From NCBI GenBank assembly GCA_963789905.1, contig CAWBMK010000007.1, positions 72,747-136,746 of the forward strand: 64,000 nt of DNA. Reading direction: 5' to 3'. The notes under the pieces are model-generated. The model made no database searches. It had not been told where the DNA came from and saw only the letters and a program-made list of their open reading frames with translations. The DNA comes from an uncultured Chloroflexia bacterium (lineage in GTDB: Bacteria; Chloroflexota; Limnocylindria; Limnocylindrales; CSP1-4). Shown one piece after another: positions 43,904 to 53,108 of this stretch (its first letter is position 1; each line of letters begins with the position of its first letter). Position numbers and translations under genes: made by a program.

Positions 43904-46098
43904 GGATCAGCCGCCTCACGCTCACCGATCTCCGCCGCTTCGGGGGGCCCCAGCGGGGCCCGGCCACGATCGAGCTGGCACCGGGCGTGACGATCGTTCG
44001 CGGACCGAACGAGGCCGGCAAGACGACCTTCCAACGGGCGATCGAGCTGGCGCTGACGCGCAAGGTCACGAGCACCTGGGCGGAGCTCGATCAGCTTCGA
44101 CCCTGGGACGAACCGGCCGGGGCGCAGATCGCGCCGACGATCGAGCTCGAGTTCAGCGACGAGGACGAGGATGGTGCCCATACGGGGCGGCTCAAGAAGG
44201 TCTTCGCGGGACAAAAGGGCACCGTCAGCCTGGAGCTTGATGGGGAGGTCACAACGGACCCGGCCAGAGCCGACGAGCTCATCGTCGCCATGACCGGCGT
44301 CCCCTCGGAAGGCTTCTTTCGTTCGACCGCGTCGATCCGTCATCACGAAATGGCGGTCCTCGACAGCGACGAGGCCGCCCTCCGTGATCGCCTCCAGACG
44401 ACGATCTCGGGAGCCGATCGCGGAACGTCGCGGGCCAAGAAGCGCCTCGAACGCGTCCTCCGCGATACCAACGCGAAGGGTGACAAGAACCCGGGCCGTC
44501 TCAAGGTAGCCGAGGACGCCGCGATCCTGGCTCGAGAGGAAGTCGACCGTGGGGAAGCTGCGCTCGGCCAGCTTGAGACCGATCGATCCGTGCTCATCGA
44601 AGCCCGCGATGCCCGCTCCGTGGCCGATGCGACCCTCGCCGAACGAAGGGCGATGCTCGAGAAGGCGCGCCAGGCCGAGCGAACCGCCGCCGAGCGCGAC
44701 GCAAGCCAGGAGAAGTTCGAGCGCTATCGCCAGGCCGTCGGGATCATCGCAGAGCTGGCCACGCTCCGCGACAGCCACCCATCCAAGCAGCCGCTGCCGG
44801 CCCTCAAGCTGGCTGTCGAGAAGCTTCGCGTCACCGACGGCCGCGTCCGCGAGATCCGGGCCATCCTGGGCGAGGAGGCCGAGGTCGTCGCCGATGAGAT
44901 ACCCGCCGAGCCTGGGTGGCGTCGGGGATCCCGGTTCGCCGTTGGGCTGATCATCGCAGGCGTCGCGGTCGCCGCCGTTCTCGTCGTCGCCAACCAGGCC
45001 TTCGCCCTCGGCATCGGCAGCGCCCTCGCCGCCGTCCCGGGTCTGGCGCTCGTTGGGCTCGGCATCGTCTTCGCGGCCGTCGGGCTCTATCTGCGCCGAC
45101 TCGATCGGCGGCGGCTCGGCAACGTGCGAGTCGATGTCGCGCGTCGACTCCGCGGACGGTCTGATCTCCAGGAGGAGTTGAAGATCGCCGAGGCGGACGT
45201 CGAGAGGCAGCTGGCTGCCCTCGAGCAACCGTCGCTCGTCGAGGCTGAGGCGCTGCTGGAGGCGGAATCGGCGCATGTCGAACGGGTCAACGTCCTCACG
45301 GCCCAGTACGAGGGTCTCGTCGGCCGAGAGCCGGCCGAGGCGCTGCCGCGCCTTCGAGACGCGGCCGCCCTCGAGGTCGAGCAGAAGACGGCGGCCCTCG
45401 AGGCCCTCGGTCCCATCGCCAAGGAGCCACGGGCTCGGGAGAGGCTCGAGGGCGAAGTCGCACAGCAGGAAGCGGCCGTCGAGACCGCCCGCGACAGCGA
45501 GGCGAACGCGCGGGCCAGGGTGGAGCAGAACGCAGTCGACGCCGACGAAGTCGCCGTCGCGGCCGAGCGGTCGGCGATGGCCGACGTGCGCCTGGCAGAC
45601 GTCCAGCGTCGCTCCCGGATCGTAGAGACGACGCTTCGGGCGATCGAGGCGGCCGAGCAGGCGACAATGAAGACGGCGACCCGCTATCTCGAGAAGCACA
45701 TGACAAGCGAGCTCGGCGCTGTGACGGGCGGGCGCTATCGTCGGGTGCGAGTCGACGACAAGACCCTCGACATCGAGGTGTGGGCACCCGAGCGAGGGGA
45801 TTGGATCGACGTCCACCAGCTGTCGACGGGGACGATCGACCTCGTCTACCTGACCGCCCGGATCGGACTCGTCCGACTCGTCACCGGAGATCGTCGGCCG
45901 CCGCTCATCTGCGACGACCCGTTCGTGACGTTCGATCATGATCGGGCGACTCGGGCGTTCGAACGTCTGCGGGCGTTGGCGGGCGACCTGCAGGTCGTCT
46001 TCATGACGACGTCCGAGCGCTACGACGCCCTTGCCGATGCGGTCGTCGTGCTCGACGGTCCGACCGCCACCGATACCGCCGCGGCTGCGGCCGGCTGA
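43900..46098 (+). CDS. Rad50/SbcC-like ATPase with internal transmembrane hairpin
   Basis: N-terminal Walker A GPNEAGKTTF. Long coiled-coil; two hydrophobic helices at about aa 343-400. C-terminal signature/Walker B (LSTGTIDLVYLTARIGL...LICDDPF). The start overlaps the sbcD-like stop. Confidence 0.7.
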   Translation: MRISRLTLTDLRRFGGPQRGPATIELAPGVTIVRGPNEAGKTTFQRAIELALTRKVTSTWAELDQLRPWDEPAGAQIAPTIELEFSDEDEDGAHTGRLKKVFAGQKGTVSLELDGEVTTDPARADELIVAMTGVPSEGFFRSTASIRHHEMAVLDSDEAALRDRLQTTISGADRGTSRAKKRLERVLRDTNAKGDKNPGRLKVAEDAAILAREEVDRGEAALGQLETDRSVLIEARDARSVADATLAERRAMLEKARQAERTAAERDASQEKFERYRQAVGIIAELATLRDSHPSKQPLPALKLAVEKLRVTDGRVREIRAILGEEAEVVADEIPAEPGWRRGSRFAVGLIIAGVAVAAVLVVANQAFALGIGSALAAVPGLALVGLGIVFAAVGLYLRRLDRRRLGNVRVDVARRLRGRSDLQEELKIAEADVERQLAALEQPSLVEAEALLEAESAHVERVNVLTAQYEGLVGREPAEALPRLRDAAALEVEQKTAALEALGPIAKEPRARERLEGEVAQQEAAVETARDSEANARARVEQNAVDADEVAVAAERSAMADVRLADVQRRSRIVETTLRAIEAAEQATMKTATRYLEKHMTSELGAVTGGRYRRVRVDDKTLDIEVWAPERGDWIDVHQLSTGTIDLVYLTARIGLVRLVTGDRRPPLICDDPFVTFDHDRATRAFERLRALAGDLQVVFMTTSERYDALADAVVVLDGPTATDTAAAAAG

Positions 46099-46954
46099 CA
46101 TCGGCCCCGCCCTCGCCGGGGTCGTTCTCGGCCTCGCAACGGCTCTCAGCTGGGGAGGAGCCGACTTCACCGGCGGCTCGGTCTCCCGTCGAGCGCCGGT
46201 CGTCGGCGTCATCCTCGGCAACGAACTCGTCGGGATCGCCCTTGCCGTGGCGATCCTCATCTGGCGTGGCGAGGCGGCGCCCAGCCTGACCGACCTCGCT
46301 CTTATCGTCGCGGCCGGTCTCCTCACCGGTGTCGGCATCCTGGCCTTGTACACGGGGCTTGCCGTCGGCCGCATGTCTGTCGTGGCGCCGATCGCCGGTT
46401 TGCTCACCGCGGCCATCCCGGTTGTCATCGGCTCGATCCTCGATGGGATTCCTGGCACGACGGTCCTGATCGGGTTCGTCATTGCGATCGCGGCCGTGAT
46501 CCTGGTGTCGAGATCCGGAGCCGATCGCGGGTCCGACCGTAGCGGGTTCGGCTACGCGGTCGCCGCCGGCACCTGTTTTGGGATCTTCGCCGTGCTCCTG
46601 GCCCAGATAGGCGATGACCTCGTCGCCGGCCCCCTGGTGGTCATTCGACTCGTCGCCGTGGCCGTCATGGTCGTGGTCGTCATCGGCGGACGCCAGCCGT
46701 GGCGGATCGGGCGCCCGCTGTGGCCGGTTGTCGCTCTCATCGGCATCCTCGACGCCATCGGCAATCTGTGCTTCATCGCATCCATCCAGGCGTATCGGCT
46801 CGACGTGGCCGCTACGCTGTCGTCGCTCTATCCGATCGTGACGGTCGTCCTTGCAGCGATCGTCCTCCGGGAACGGATCGTCGGTGGCCACGCCGTCGGG
46901 ATCGGTCTGGCCGCAGTCGCGATCGTCCTCATCGCCGGCGGCTCGACAGTCTGA
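46031..46954 (+). CDS. EamA/DMT-family transporter (start uncertain, probably downstream of 46098)
   Basis: 10 TM helices and duplicated EamA halves. The listed ORF start overlaps the upstream gene by 67 nt, so a later alternative start is likely. Confidence 0.6.
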   Translation: MPMRSSCSTVRPPPIPPRLRPADIGPALAGVVLGLATALSWGGADFTGGSVSRRAPVVGVILGNELVGIALAVAILIWRGEAAPSLTDLALIVAAGLLTGVGILALYTGLAVGRMSVVAPIAGLLTAAIPVVIGSILDGIPGTTVLIGFVIAIAAVILVSRSGADRGSDRSGFGYAVAAGTCFGIFAVLLAQIGDDLVAGPLVVIRLVAVAVMVVVVIGGRQPWRIGRPLWPVVALIGILDAIGNLCFIASIQAYRLDVAATLSSLYPIVTVVLAAIVLRERIVGGHAVGIGLAAVAIVLIAGGSTV

Positions 46955-47564
46955 CCTCGGCGTCGTCGATGGCCTTGCCGCCGCTGAGGAGATGCACAGC
47001 GGAGAAGCCCTCGCTGCCGAGAGACCCGTCGCGCAGGGCTCGGTCGAGAGCGTGCCAATGCCGTGTCACGACATCGCTGGGCACCGGGCGGCCCTCTCGA
47101 GCCGCGTTGCGGGTGAGGACATCAACGAGGGCGAGATCGAACACGATCGCGATCGCTGGTGACCTGGTCTCCGCGGCGATGCGCAGGAGGTCTTGACGCG
47201 CACGACGCTCGACATTCGTCGCGTCGACCACGACGCGGGCGCCACCTCGCGCTCGACCGGCGACCTCATCGTGGAGGACCCGGAAGACCAACCGATTCTG
47301 AGATTGGTCATCCTCCGAACCGGTCATGCGACCTCGGATCGCATCCGACGACACGATCTCGTCCGGCGCGAAATTCCGTGCGGCAAACGTGGACTTGCCC
47401 GCTCCGGCCGGCCCAACGAGCACGACCAGGGCAGGATCGGGAACATCGATGACCACCGCGCCATCGTAGGTGCCGGGATCCGGCTCGCGTTCCGGGGAAT
47501 CCCGTACGCCGCTCGGGCAATCCCCGGTGTACCGTCTGGGCATGTCGTGGATCCGCGTCAACAT
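46929..47564 (-). CDS. P-loop kinase (AAA_33/zeta-toxin-like predicted kinase)
   Basis: Walker A VGPAGAGKST and Walker B VVVDATN. Confidence 0.5.
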   Translation of the reverse strand: MLTRIHDMPRRYTGDCPSGVRDSPEREPDPGTYDGAVVIDVPDPALVVLVGPAGAGKSTFAARNFAPDEIVSSDAIRGRMTGSEDDQSQNRLVFRVLHDEVAGRARGGARVVVDATNVERRARQDLLRIAAETRSPAIAIVFDLALVDVLTRNAAREGRPVPSDVVTRHWHALDRALRDGSLGSEGFSAVHLLSGGKAIDDAEVRLSSRRR

Positions 47565-47571
47565 CAGGCGG

Positions 47572-49212
47572 ATGTCCGCCGAGCCCGCCCGAGCTCGGGC
47601 CCGCGACGCCATCGCCGTCGCGATCGTCGCGTCGGCGTTCGCGGTCGGCGCCGTGGCCTTCGTGTTGGGCGATGTCGAGTCCGGCATCCGCCTGGCGCTG
47701 GGAGACGACGGGCGCGTCTACGTCGTCGACGTGGATCCGTGGAGCCCACAGAGTGGGAGCGAGCTGCCAGGAATGGTGGTAACCACGCTCAACGACCAGG
47801 CCCTGATCGTCATGCCCGGTGACGAGGGGACTCCGGTAGCGGGCCAAGCGTTGTCGTTCCTGCTCGCCGATCGGATCTACATGCTTCAGGCGATTCGGCC
47901 GGAGGAACTCGATCACAACCTCGGCGCACCGGCAGAGGAGCGCTATGGGACCACCTTCGTCTACACCGGCTGGTGGGCCCTCGACGAGAGCGGCATGGCG
48001 CCGCTCCTGGGAATCGCGATATTGATCGTCGGCGGATGGTGGCTCGGATCGGGGCGCGGGGGTCAGACCTTGAAAGAGCTTGCCGTTCCGACGATCGTGG
48101 CCACCGCGACGCCACTGTTCCTCGTCCCGGCGGTCCTAACTGCAACGGCCGCCGGCCTCGTCATCGTCGCGATCCTGTGGCCGGTCTCCGCGCTGCCGCT
48201 CGCGGACGGGCTCTCCGGCCTGGTCGCCGACCGCGTCGCTCGACGGAATGTGCGCGCAGCGGCGCTCCTTGCCGCCGTCTGTTCGGCCGTCGCCGGGCTG
48301 GCGACGCTCGTCTTCGGTCTGGATCCCTGGTTCATCGTTGGTCAATGGCTGGCCGCGGGCGCGGTCGCACTCATCCCGGGATACGTTGCGGCGCGCCCAG
48401 CGATGGCGACGTCCGGCGCGTCGGCGTCTCGGAGAGTCGTCGAGACGATGGAGCTGGTCGCAGTCGGCGCGACCCCTCTCATCGCAGGGGTTGTTCTCAT
48501 CGCCCGCGACAGCGCGCCGTTCCTGTCGCCCCTCCTTCTGTGGTTCCTGATCCTGCTCGTCGCCCAGCGCTACACGATCCGACCGTTGGCACGCCTCGCG
48601 ACGCGGGCGACACTGCAACGCGACCTGGTGGTCGCAGCGACCGAGGCCGAACGGGCCCGGATCGCCGCGGATCTCCACGACGAGACCCTCCAGGACCTGA
48701 CCTTGCTCGTCCGTCAACTCGAGGCTCGAGGCGATGTCGATGGCGCCGAGGCCGGACGGCGGATCGCAGAGCGGGTCCGGACCCTCACTGGCGAGCTCCG
48801 CCTTCCGATCCTCGACGATCTGGGGGTCGGACCGGCTCTCGAATGGCTCGTGAGCCGGATCGAGGCCTTGGCGGGTGGCCAAGTCATCCTCGAACGAGAC
48901 GAGGGTTCGCGCTTGCCGTCGGACATCGAGCTGGCGTTCTTCCGTGTCGCGCAGGAGGCGCTGTCAAATGCTGTGAAACACGGCAAGCCCCCGATTCTCG
49001 TTCGGTATCGGTCGGCAGTGAGCGGGGCGACGCTCACGATCGATGACGCCGGACCCGGGATCCCAGCTGAAGCTGCCGAAGTTGCTCCGGCGGCCGGCCA
49101 CTTCGGACTGCTCGGGATGCAGCAACGGGCCGAACAGATCGGGGCCCTCCTCGATGTGCGCCAGTGGCCGGCAGGCGGCACACACGTCGCCCTTGAATGG
49201 AGAGCGCGTTGA
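47572..49212 (+). CDS. Membrane sensor histidine kinase (NarL-type, HisKA_3 + HATPase_c)
   Basis: Multiple N-terminal TM helices. H-box AADLHDETLQDL. N/G boxes (EALSNAVKHG, DDAGPGIP). Confidence 0.75.
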   Translation: MSAEPARARARDAIAVAIVASAFAVGAVAFVLGDVESGIRLALGDDGRVYVVDVDPWSPQSGSELPGMVVTTLNDQALIVMPGDEGTPVAGQALSFLLADRIYMLQAIRPEELDHNLGAPAEERYGTTFVYTGWWALDESGMAPLLGIAILIVGGWWLGSGRGGQTLKELAVPTIVATATPLFLVPAVLTATAAGLVIVAILWPVSALPLADGLSGLVADRVARRNVRAAALLAAVCSAVAGLATLVFGLDPWFIVGQWLAAGAVALIPGYVAARPAMATSGASASRRVVETMELVAVGATPLIAGVVLIARDSAPFLSPLLLWFLILLVAQRYTIRPLARLATRATLQRDLVVAATEAERARIAADLHDETLQDLTLLVRQLEARGDVDGAEAGRRIAERVRTLTGELRLPILDDLGVGPALEWLVSRIEALAGGQVILERDEGSRLPSDIELAFFRVAQEALSNAVKHGKPPILVRYRSAVSGATLTIDDAGPGIPAEAAEVAPAAGHFGLLGMQQRAEQIGALLDVRQWPAGGTHVALEWRAR

Positions 49213-49838
49213 TCGACCCTCCTCCGATTCCGATCAGGGTCGCCATCATCGACGACCACCCCGTCGTACGCGATGGGACGGCCGCGCTGTTGGCGATCGA
49301 GCCCGACCTTGTCGTGGTCGGCGTGGCCGCGTCGATCGGCGAGGCATCCGCACTCCTGGATCGGACGGAGGTCGACGTGCTGTTGCTCGACATCCGTCTC
49401 GGCCAGGGCAGCGGTTTCGACCTGCTTGCTTCCTCGATCGAGGAGTCTGATCGACCGGCGATCGTTGTGGTGACCGCCTACGACTACCCGCAGTATGCGG
49501 AGGCCGCCCTCCGACTCGGGGCCTCAGGCTTGGTCCTCAAGACGGCTCCAATGAGCGAGCTGATCGATGCGATCCGGCGCGCCGCCGCCGGCGGGCTCGC
49601 TTTCGAGAGACGTCCGGGTGGTTCCGTCGCGAGGCTGACGCCGCGCGAGCTCGATGTCGTCCGCCTCGTCGCCGAGGGCGGCTCCAACGACGAGATCGCC
49701 CACGCTCTCGGGATCGGTAGCAAGACGGTCGAGACCCATCTGGGCCGGCTGTTCGAACGCTATGACATCGCCTCACGGACGGAGCTGGCGACCCGCGCCT
49801 TGCGCGAAGGCTGGCTCGATGCGCCGCCGCTGGCCTGA
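49197..49838 (+). CDS. LuxR/NarL-family response regulator
   Basis: REC domain (IIDDHPVVRDG...LLLDIRL) and C-terminal LuxR HTH (LTPRELDVVRLVAEGGSNDEIAHALGIGSKTVETH). Confidence 0.85.
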   Translation: MESALIDPPPIPIRVAIIDDHPVVRDGTAALLAIEPDLVVVGVAASIGEASALLDRTEVDVLLLDIRLGQGSGFDLLASSIEESDRPAIVVVTAYDYPQYAEAALRLGASGLVLKTAPMSELIDAIRRAAAGGLAFERRPGGSVARLTPRELDVVRLVAEGGSNDEIAHALGIGSKTVETHLGRLFERYDIASRTELATRALREGWLDAPPLA

Positions 49839-49865
49839 CGATCGCGACGCAGACGGGCGCCTTGC

Positions 49866-50987
49866 TTAGGCGGGCAGATCCCGTTCGGCCGGCCCGATGT
49901 ATCGCTGGTCGGGGCGGATGAGGCGGTTGGCCGACGCTTGTTCGATGGCGTGGGCGCCCCAGCCCGCCGTTCGGGCGATCGCGAACACGGCGGGGTACAG
50001 CGCCGGTGGAAGGCCGATGCCTTGGAGGACGGCCGCGGCGTAGTACTCGACGTTGGTCTTGATGACGCGATCCGGCTTCTCCTCCGCGAGGACGCGGAGA
50101 ACGACATCCTCGACCTGGACCGCAAGATCAAGCCACTCGGCGTTGCCCCCCATCTGCTCGGCGACACCACGAAGGGCCGCCGCCCGGGGATCGTACGCTC
50201 GGTAGACGCGATGGCCGAAGCCCATGATCCGCTCGCCCCGGCCAAGTGCCTCCCGGACCCAAGCCTCTGCATGCTCGGGCGAGCCGATCTCGTGGAGCTG
50301 GTTGACGACCTCCGATGGCGCCCCGCCGTGGAGCGGACCCTTCAATGTCCCGATGGCGGCCGTCACGGCGGAGGCCAGGTCCGACCGGGTCGAGACGACG
50401 ACACGGGCGGTGAATGTCGAAGCGTTGAGGCCATGCTCGGCGGCGACGACGAAGTAAGCGTCGAGCGCCCGCGCGGCGGCTGGATCCGGTGACCGATCGA
50501 AGAGCTGCTGGAGGAAGCCGCCGGCCAGGTCGAGCGACGTATCGGGCTCGACCGGACCAAGCCCATCGCGCAGCCGCCCGAATGCGGCGAGTGCCGATGG
50601 CGCGAACCCCGTCAAAGCCCGGGCCTGCTCGACCGTCGGCGGATGTGCCAGCCGCTCGGTCGCGCCCCAGGCGGAGATCGCCGTGCGCAGTGCGTCCATC
50701 GGGTGGGCGTCGCGGGGCAGCGAGCGAAGAGCGGCCATGACCGGAGCCGGGACAGCTGTCGGGTGGAGCTCGGCGGCGGCGTCCCAGGTTCCGCTCCATA
50801 GCAGATCGGCGACGGATGCGTACGACCCGCGCTCGACGAGCTGCCCGATCGGGTAGCCACGATAGAGGAGACGACCGTTCGCTCCGTCGACGTGGGCGAT
50901 GGCTGTCTCGGCGCCGATGACCCCCTCGAGCCCGGGCGAATAGGGGCGGGTGTCGGGCGGGTTTGCCAGTACCGTCGAATCGGTCAC
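49866..50987 (-). CDS. Citrate synthase / 2-methylcitrate synthase family (short type)
   Basis: GPLHGGAPSEVV...GFGHRVY, the citrate synthase active-site signatures. Confidence 0.85.
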   Translation of the reverse strand: MTDSTVLANPPDTRPYSPGLEGVIGAETAIAHVDGANGRLLYRGYPIGQLVERGSYASVADLLWSGTWDAAAELHPTAVPAPVMAALRSLPRDAHPMDALRTAISAWGATERLAHPPTVEQARALTGFAPSALAAFGRLRDGLGPVEPDTSLDLAGGFLQQLFDRSPDPAAARALDAYFVVAAEHGLNASTFTARVVVSTRSDLASAVTAAIGTLKGPLHGGAPSEVVNQLHEIGSPEHAEAWVREALGRGERIMGFGHRVYRAYDPRAAALRGVAEQMGGNAEWLDLAVQVEDVVLRVLAEEKPDRVIKTNVEYYAAAVLQGIGLPPALYPAVFAIARTAGWGAHAIEQASANRLIRPDQRYIGPAERDLPA

Positions 50988-51814
50988 GGTGCGATGGTAG
51001 CCCCACTCCCCGAGGCACCCGTGAAGGCATTCACTTCGGCGACGAACCGATCCGCGTGGGTGTGGTGGGCAGCGTGGCGAGCACCGTCGATGACGACGAT
51101 CCTGGTGTCGGGGAGGATGGCGGCGAGGGCCCAGGCCGACGCCGGAAATCGAGGGTCCGAGGCGCCGCCGACGATCTGGAGGACCGGTCGTCGCACGGTG
51201 CCGAAGCGTTCGATCGCCGCCCTGTCACCGATGCCGGCGCGCAGCTCACGGATGACGGTGTTGGCGGCCGTGACGCGGCGCGGGAATGTCTCCGACGCTT
51301 CGAAGGCTTCCCACTCGTCGTCGGTGACCTTGACGACCTTGCGCATGAAGACCTCCAGGACTCGCTCCGGCTGATCGGCCGCCAGGAGGTCGTCCATCTC
51401 CGCGGCGATCGCCTCCGTGTCACCGAACGAGTCACGTGTGACGGGCCCCTCGTAGACGACCAGCCGGTCGATCGCCTCGGTCAGGAGAGCTGCGCCAAGC
51501 GCGCAGCGCCCGCCGTACGAATGGCCGAGGACCGTGACCGGCCGTCCGACTCTGGCGGCCGCATGTTCGGCGACAGCGGCGACATCCTCCTCCTCTCGGG
51601 CGATGTCGTAGGGCAACGCGTCGCCGGATGCCCCTCGGCCGCGGCGATCCAGGGCGAAGAGCGTGTGGGTCTCGGCGAGAGGGGGACCGACCGTCCGCCA
51701 CGTCGTGTGGTCGGCCGTCGTGCCGTGGACGAGCACCAGCGCCTGGCCTGAGCCGGATACGAATGTCGCGATCGCAGTCCCGTCTCGGGATCCGACGATG
51801 ACTGGGTCCGTCAC
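50984..51814 (-). CDS. Alpha/beta hydrolase
   Basis: LVLVHGTTADHTTW...GHSYGG. The stop overlaps the citrate synthase start. Confidence 0.7.
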   Translation of the reverse strand: MTDPVIVGSRDGTAIATFVSGSGQALVLVHGTTADHTTWRTVGPPLAETHTLFALDRRGRGASGDALPYDIAREEEDVAAVAEHAAARVGRPVTVLGHSYGGRCALGAALLTEAIDRLVVYEGPVTRDSFGDTEAIAAEMDDLLAADQPERVLEVFMRKVVKVTDDEWEAFEASETFPRRVTAANTVIRELRAGIGDRAAIERFGTVRRPVLQIVGGASDPRFPASAWALAAILPDTRIVVIDGARHAAHHTHADRFVAEVNAFTGASGSGATIAP

Positions 51815-51851
51815 GACGTCGCGATGATGTCGACGTCCAGCGAGCCCGTCG

Positions 51852-53108
51852 TCATGCCGTGGATGTGCCGGCGAGCTGGCTCGCCAACCGGATGGCGTCG
51901 CTCGTCACCGTGACCCGGCCGCTCTCTTCGAGGGCCTCCGTCAGCAGATCGACGTCCGTTCTGCGCGACGCCCGGAACATCCGATCGATGCATTCGACGC
52001 CGTCCTGCCAGACTCGAGCGCGGACGGTCTCGGCTTCGGCCGTGATATCGGCCCGCAGCTCTGAGCCGCGACGATCGCAGATGAGCTCGACTCGCAACGT
52101 CGTGCCGGCCCGCGCAGTCGACTGGACGGGCCGGATTGCTACTGCGACATCCTTGGTGAGTCGGAGCGTCGCGGCGAGCCCTCCATGCATGGCGACGGCG
52201 CCGCCCCCGGGCCTGCGCGCGACGTTCGGCCCGGCGACGGCCGTCAAGGGTCGGACGACGTGCATCCCGAGGCGCGAAGCGAGCCAGGCAACGTGGTAGA
52301 CGGGCTTGACGATGTTCGTCGTCCCCGGCGACCCGGTGTCGTCGTGGGTGCCATAGGTCACCGAGATCCGATGCAACGACCGCAGATACGGCAGGAACTC
52401 GGGCATATCGAAGATGGATGCGATCGCCTCGCGCCAACGTGCCTGGCGATCGAGGGCGAAATCGCTGACCGTCAGCTCACGCCGGCCCAGAAGCTCCGCG
52501 AGCAGGACCAGCTGGGGCAGGCCATCGCCCGACCATGATGAGCCGTCGACGACGAGCCGGTCGGCGAGCGCGAAGACGTCACCCGCCATCGGCTGGTGAA
52601 ACGGGACCTCGCCCGGCCACCACACGGTCACCGGCAGGTCGTGGATAAGAAGCGGGGCGATGATCGCAGCGGGGTGGCGACCGGCCTCGCCGCCGGCATG
52701 GACATCGAGCATCTCTGCGCATGTCTCGGGCGCATCGTCGTGCGGCAGGATGCAGTGAGCCGAGATCCGGGCGTCGAGCCATGACGGCCCATCCGGATCG
52801 AGGGGCATGACGATGAGCGTTCGCGACGGATGGCGGCCGGTGAGCCGACGGATCGTGTCTGCCGCGCCGACGGCGATCTCCGGCCGGCGAGCGACGACGA
52901 CGAGGTTGAGCACCGACGTCCGGGCGGAGATGTGGCGCTCCTCCTGGCCGTCGATCTCGACGGCGAGATGCGGTGCGGCCCAGATCCGCGCGAGCTCGCG
53001 ATGGATGCCCTCGATCGTGGACGCCCGCGACGACCACCGCTGGATCGGCTCGCCCGGTTGGGCGGGCTCGACGGACCAGGGCGACGCGCCGATCAGATCC
53101 GTCGCCAT
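51852..53108 (-). CDS. opcA: Glucose-6-phosphate dehydrogenase assembly protein OpcA
   Basis: Directly downstream of and overlapping zwf; a PGDH assembly protein as in the actinobacterial tkt-tal-zwf-opcA-devB operon. The length (418 aa) fits. Confidence 0.75.
   Translation of the reverse strand: MATDLIGASPWSVEPAQPGEPIQRWSSRASTIEGIHRELARIWAAPHLAVEIDGQEERHISARTSVLNLVVVARRPEIAVGAADTIRRLTGRHPSRTLIVMPLDPDGPSWLDARISAHCILPHDDAPETCAEMLDVHAGGEAGRHPAAIIAPLLIHDLPVTVWWPGEVPFHQPMAGDVFALADRLVVDGSSWSGDGLPQLVLLAELLGRRELTVSDFALDRQARWREAIASIFDMPEFLPYLRSLHRISVTYGTHDDTGSPGTTNIVKPVYHVAWLASRLGMHVVRPLTAVAGPNVARRPGGGAVAMHGGLAATLRLTKDVAVAIRPVQSTARAGTTLRVELICDRRGSELRADITAEAETVRARVWQDGVECIDRMFRASRRTDVDLLTEALEESGRVTVTSDAIRLASQLAGTSTA

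Noticed and set aside
43390-46482. 1030-aa minus-strand ORF opposite the sbcD/sbcC-like genes
   Set aside because: Antisense high-GC artefact. Its translation is Arg/Pro/Gly-rich with no motifs, while the plus-strand genes carry clear Walker and phosphoesterase motifs.
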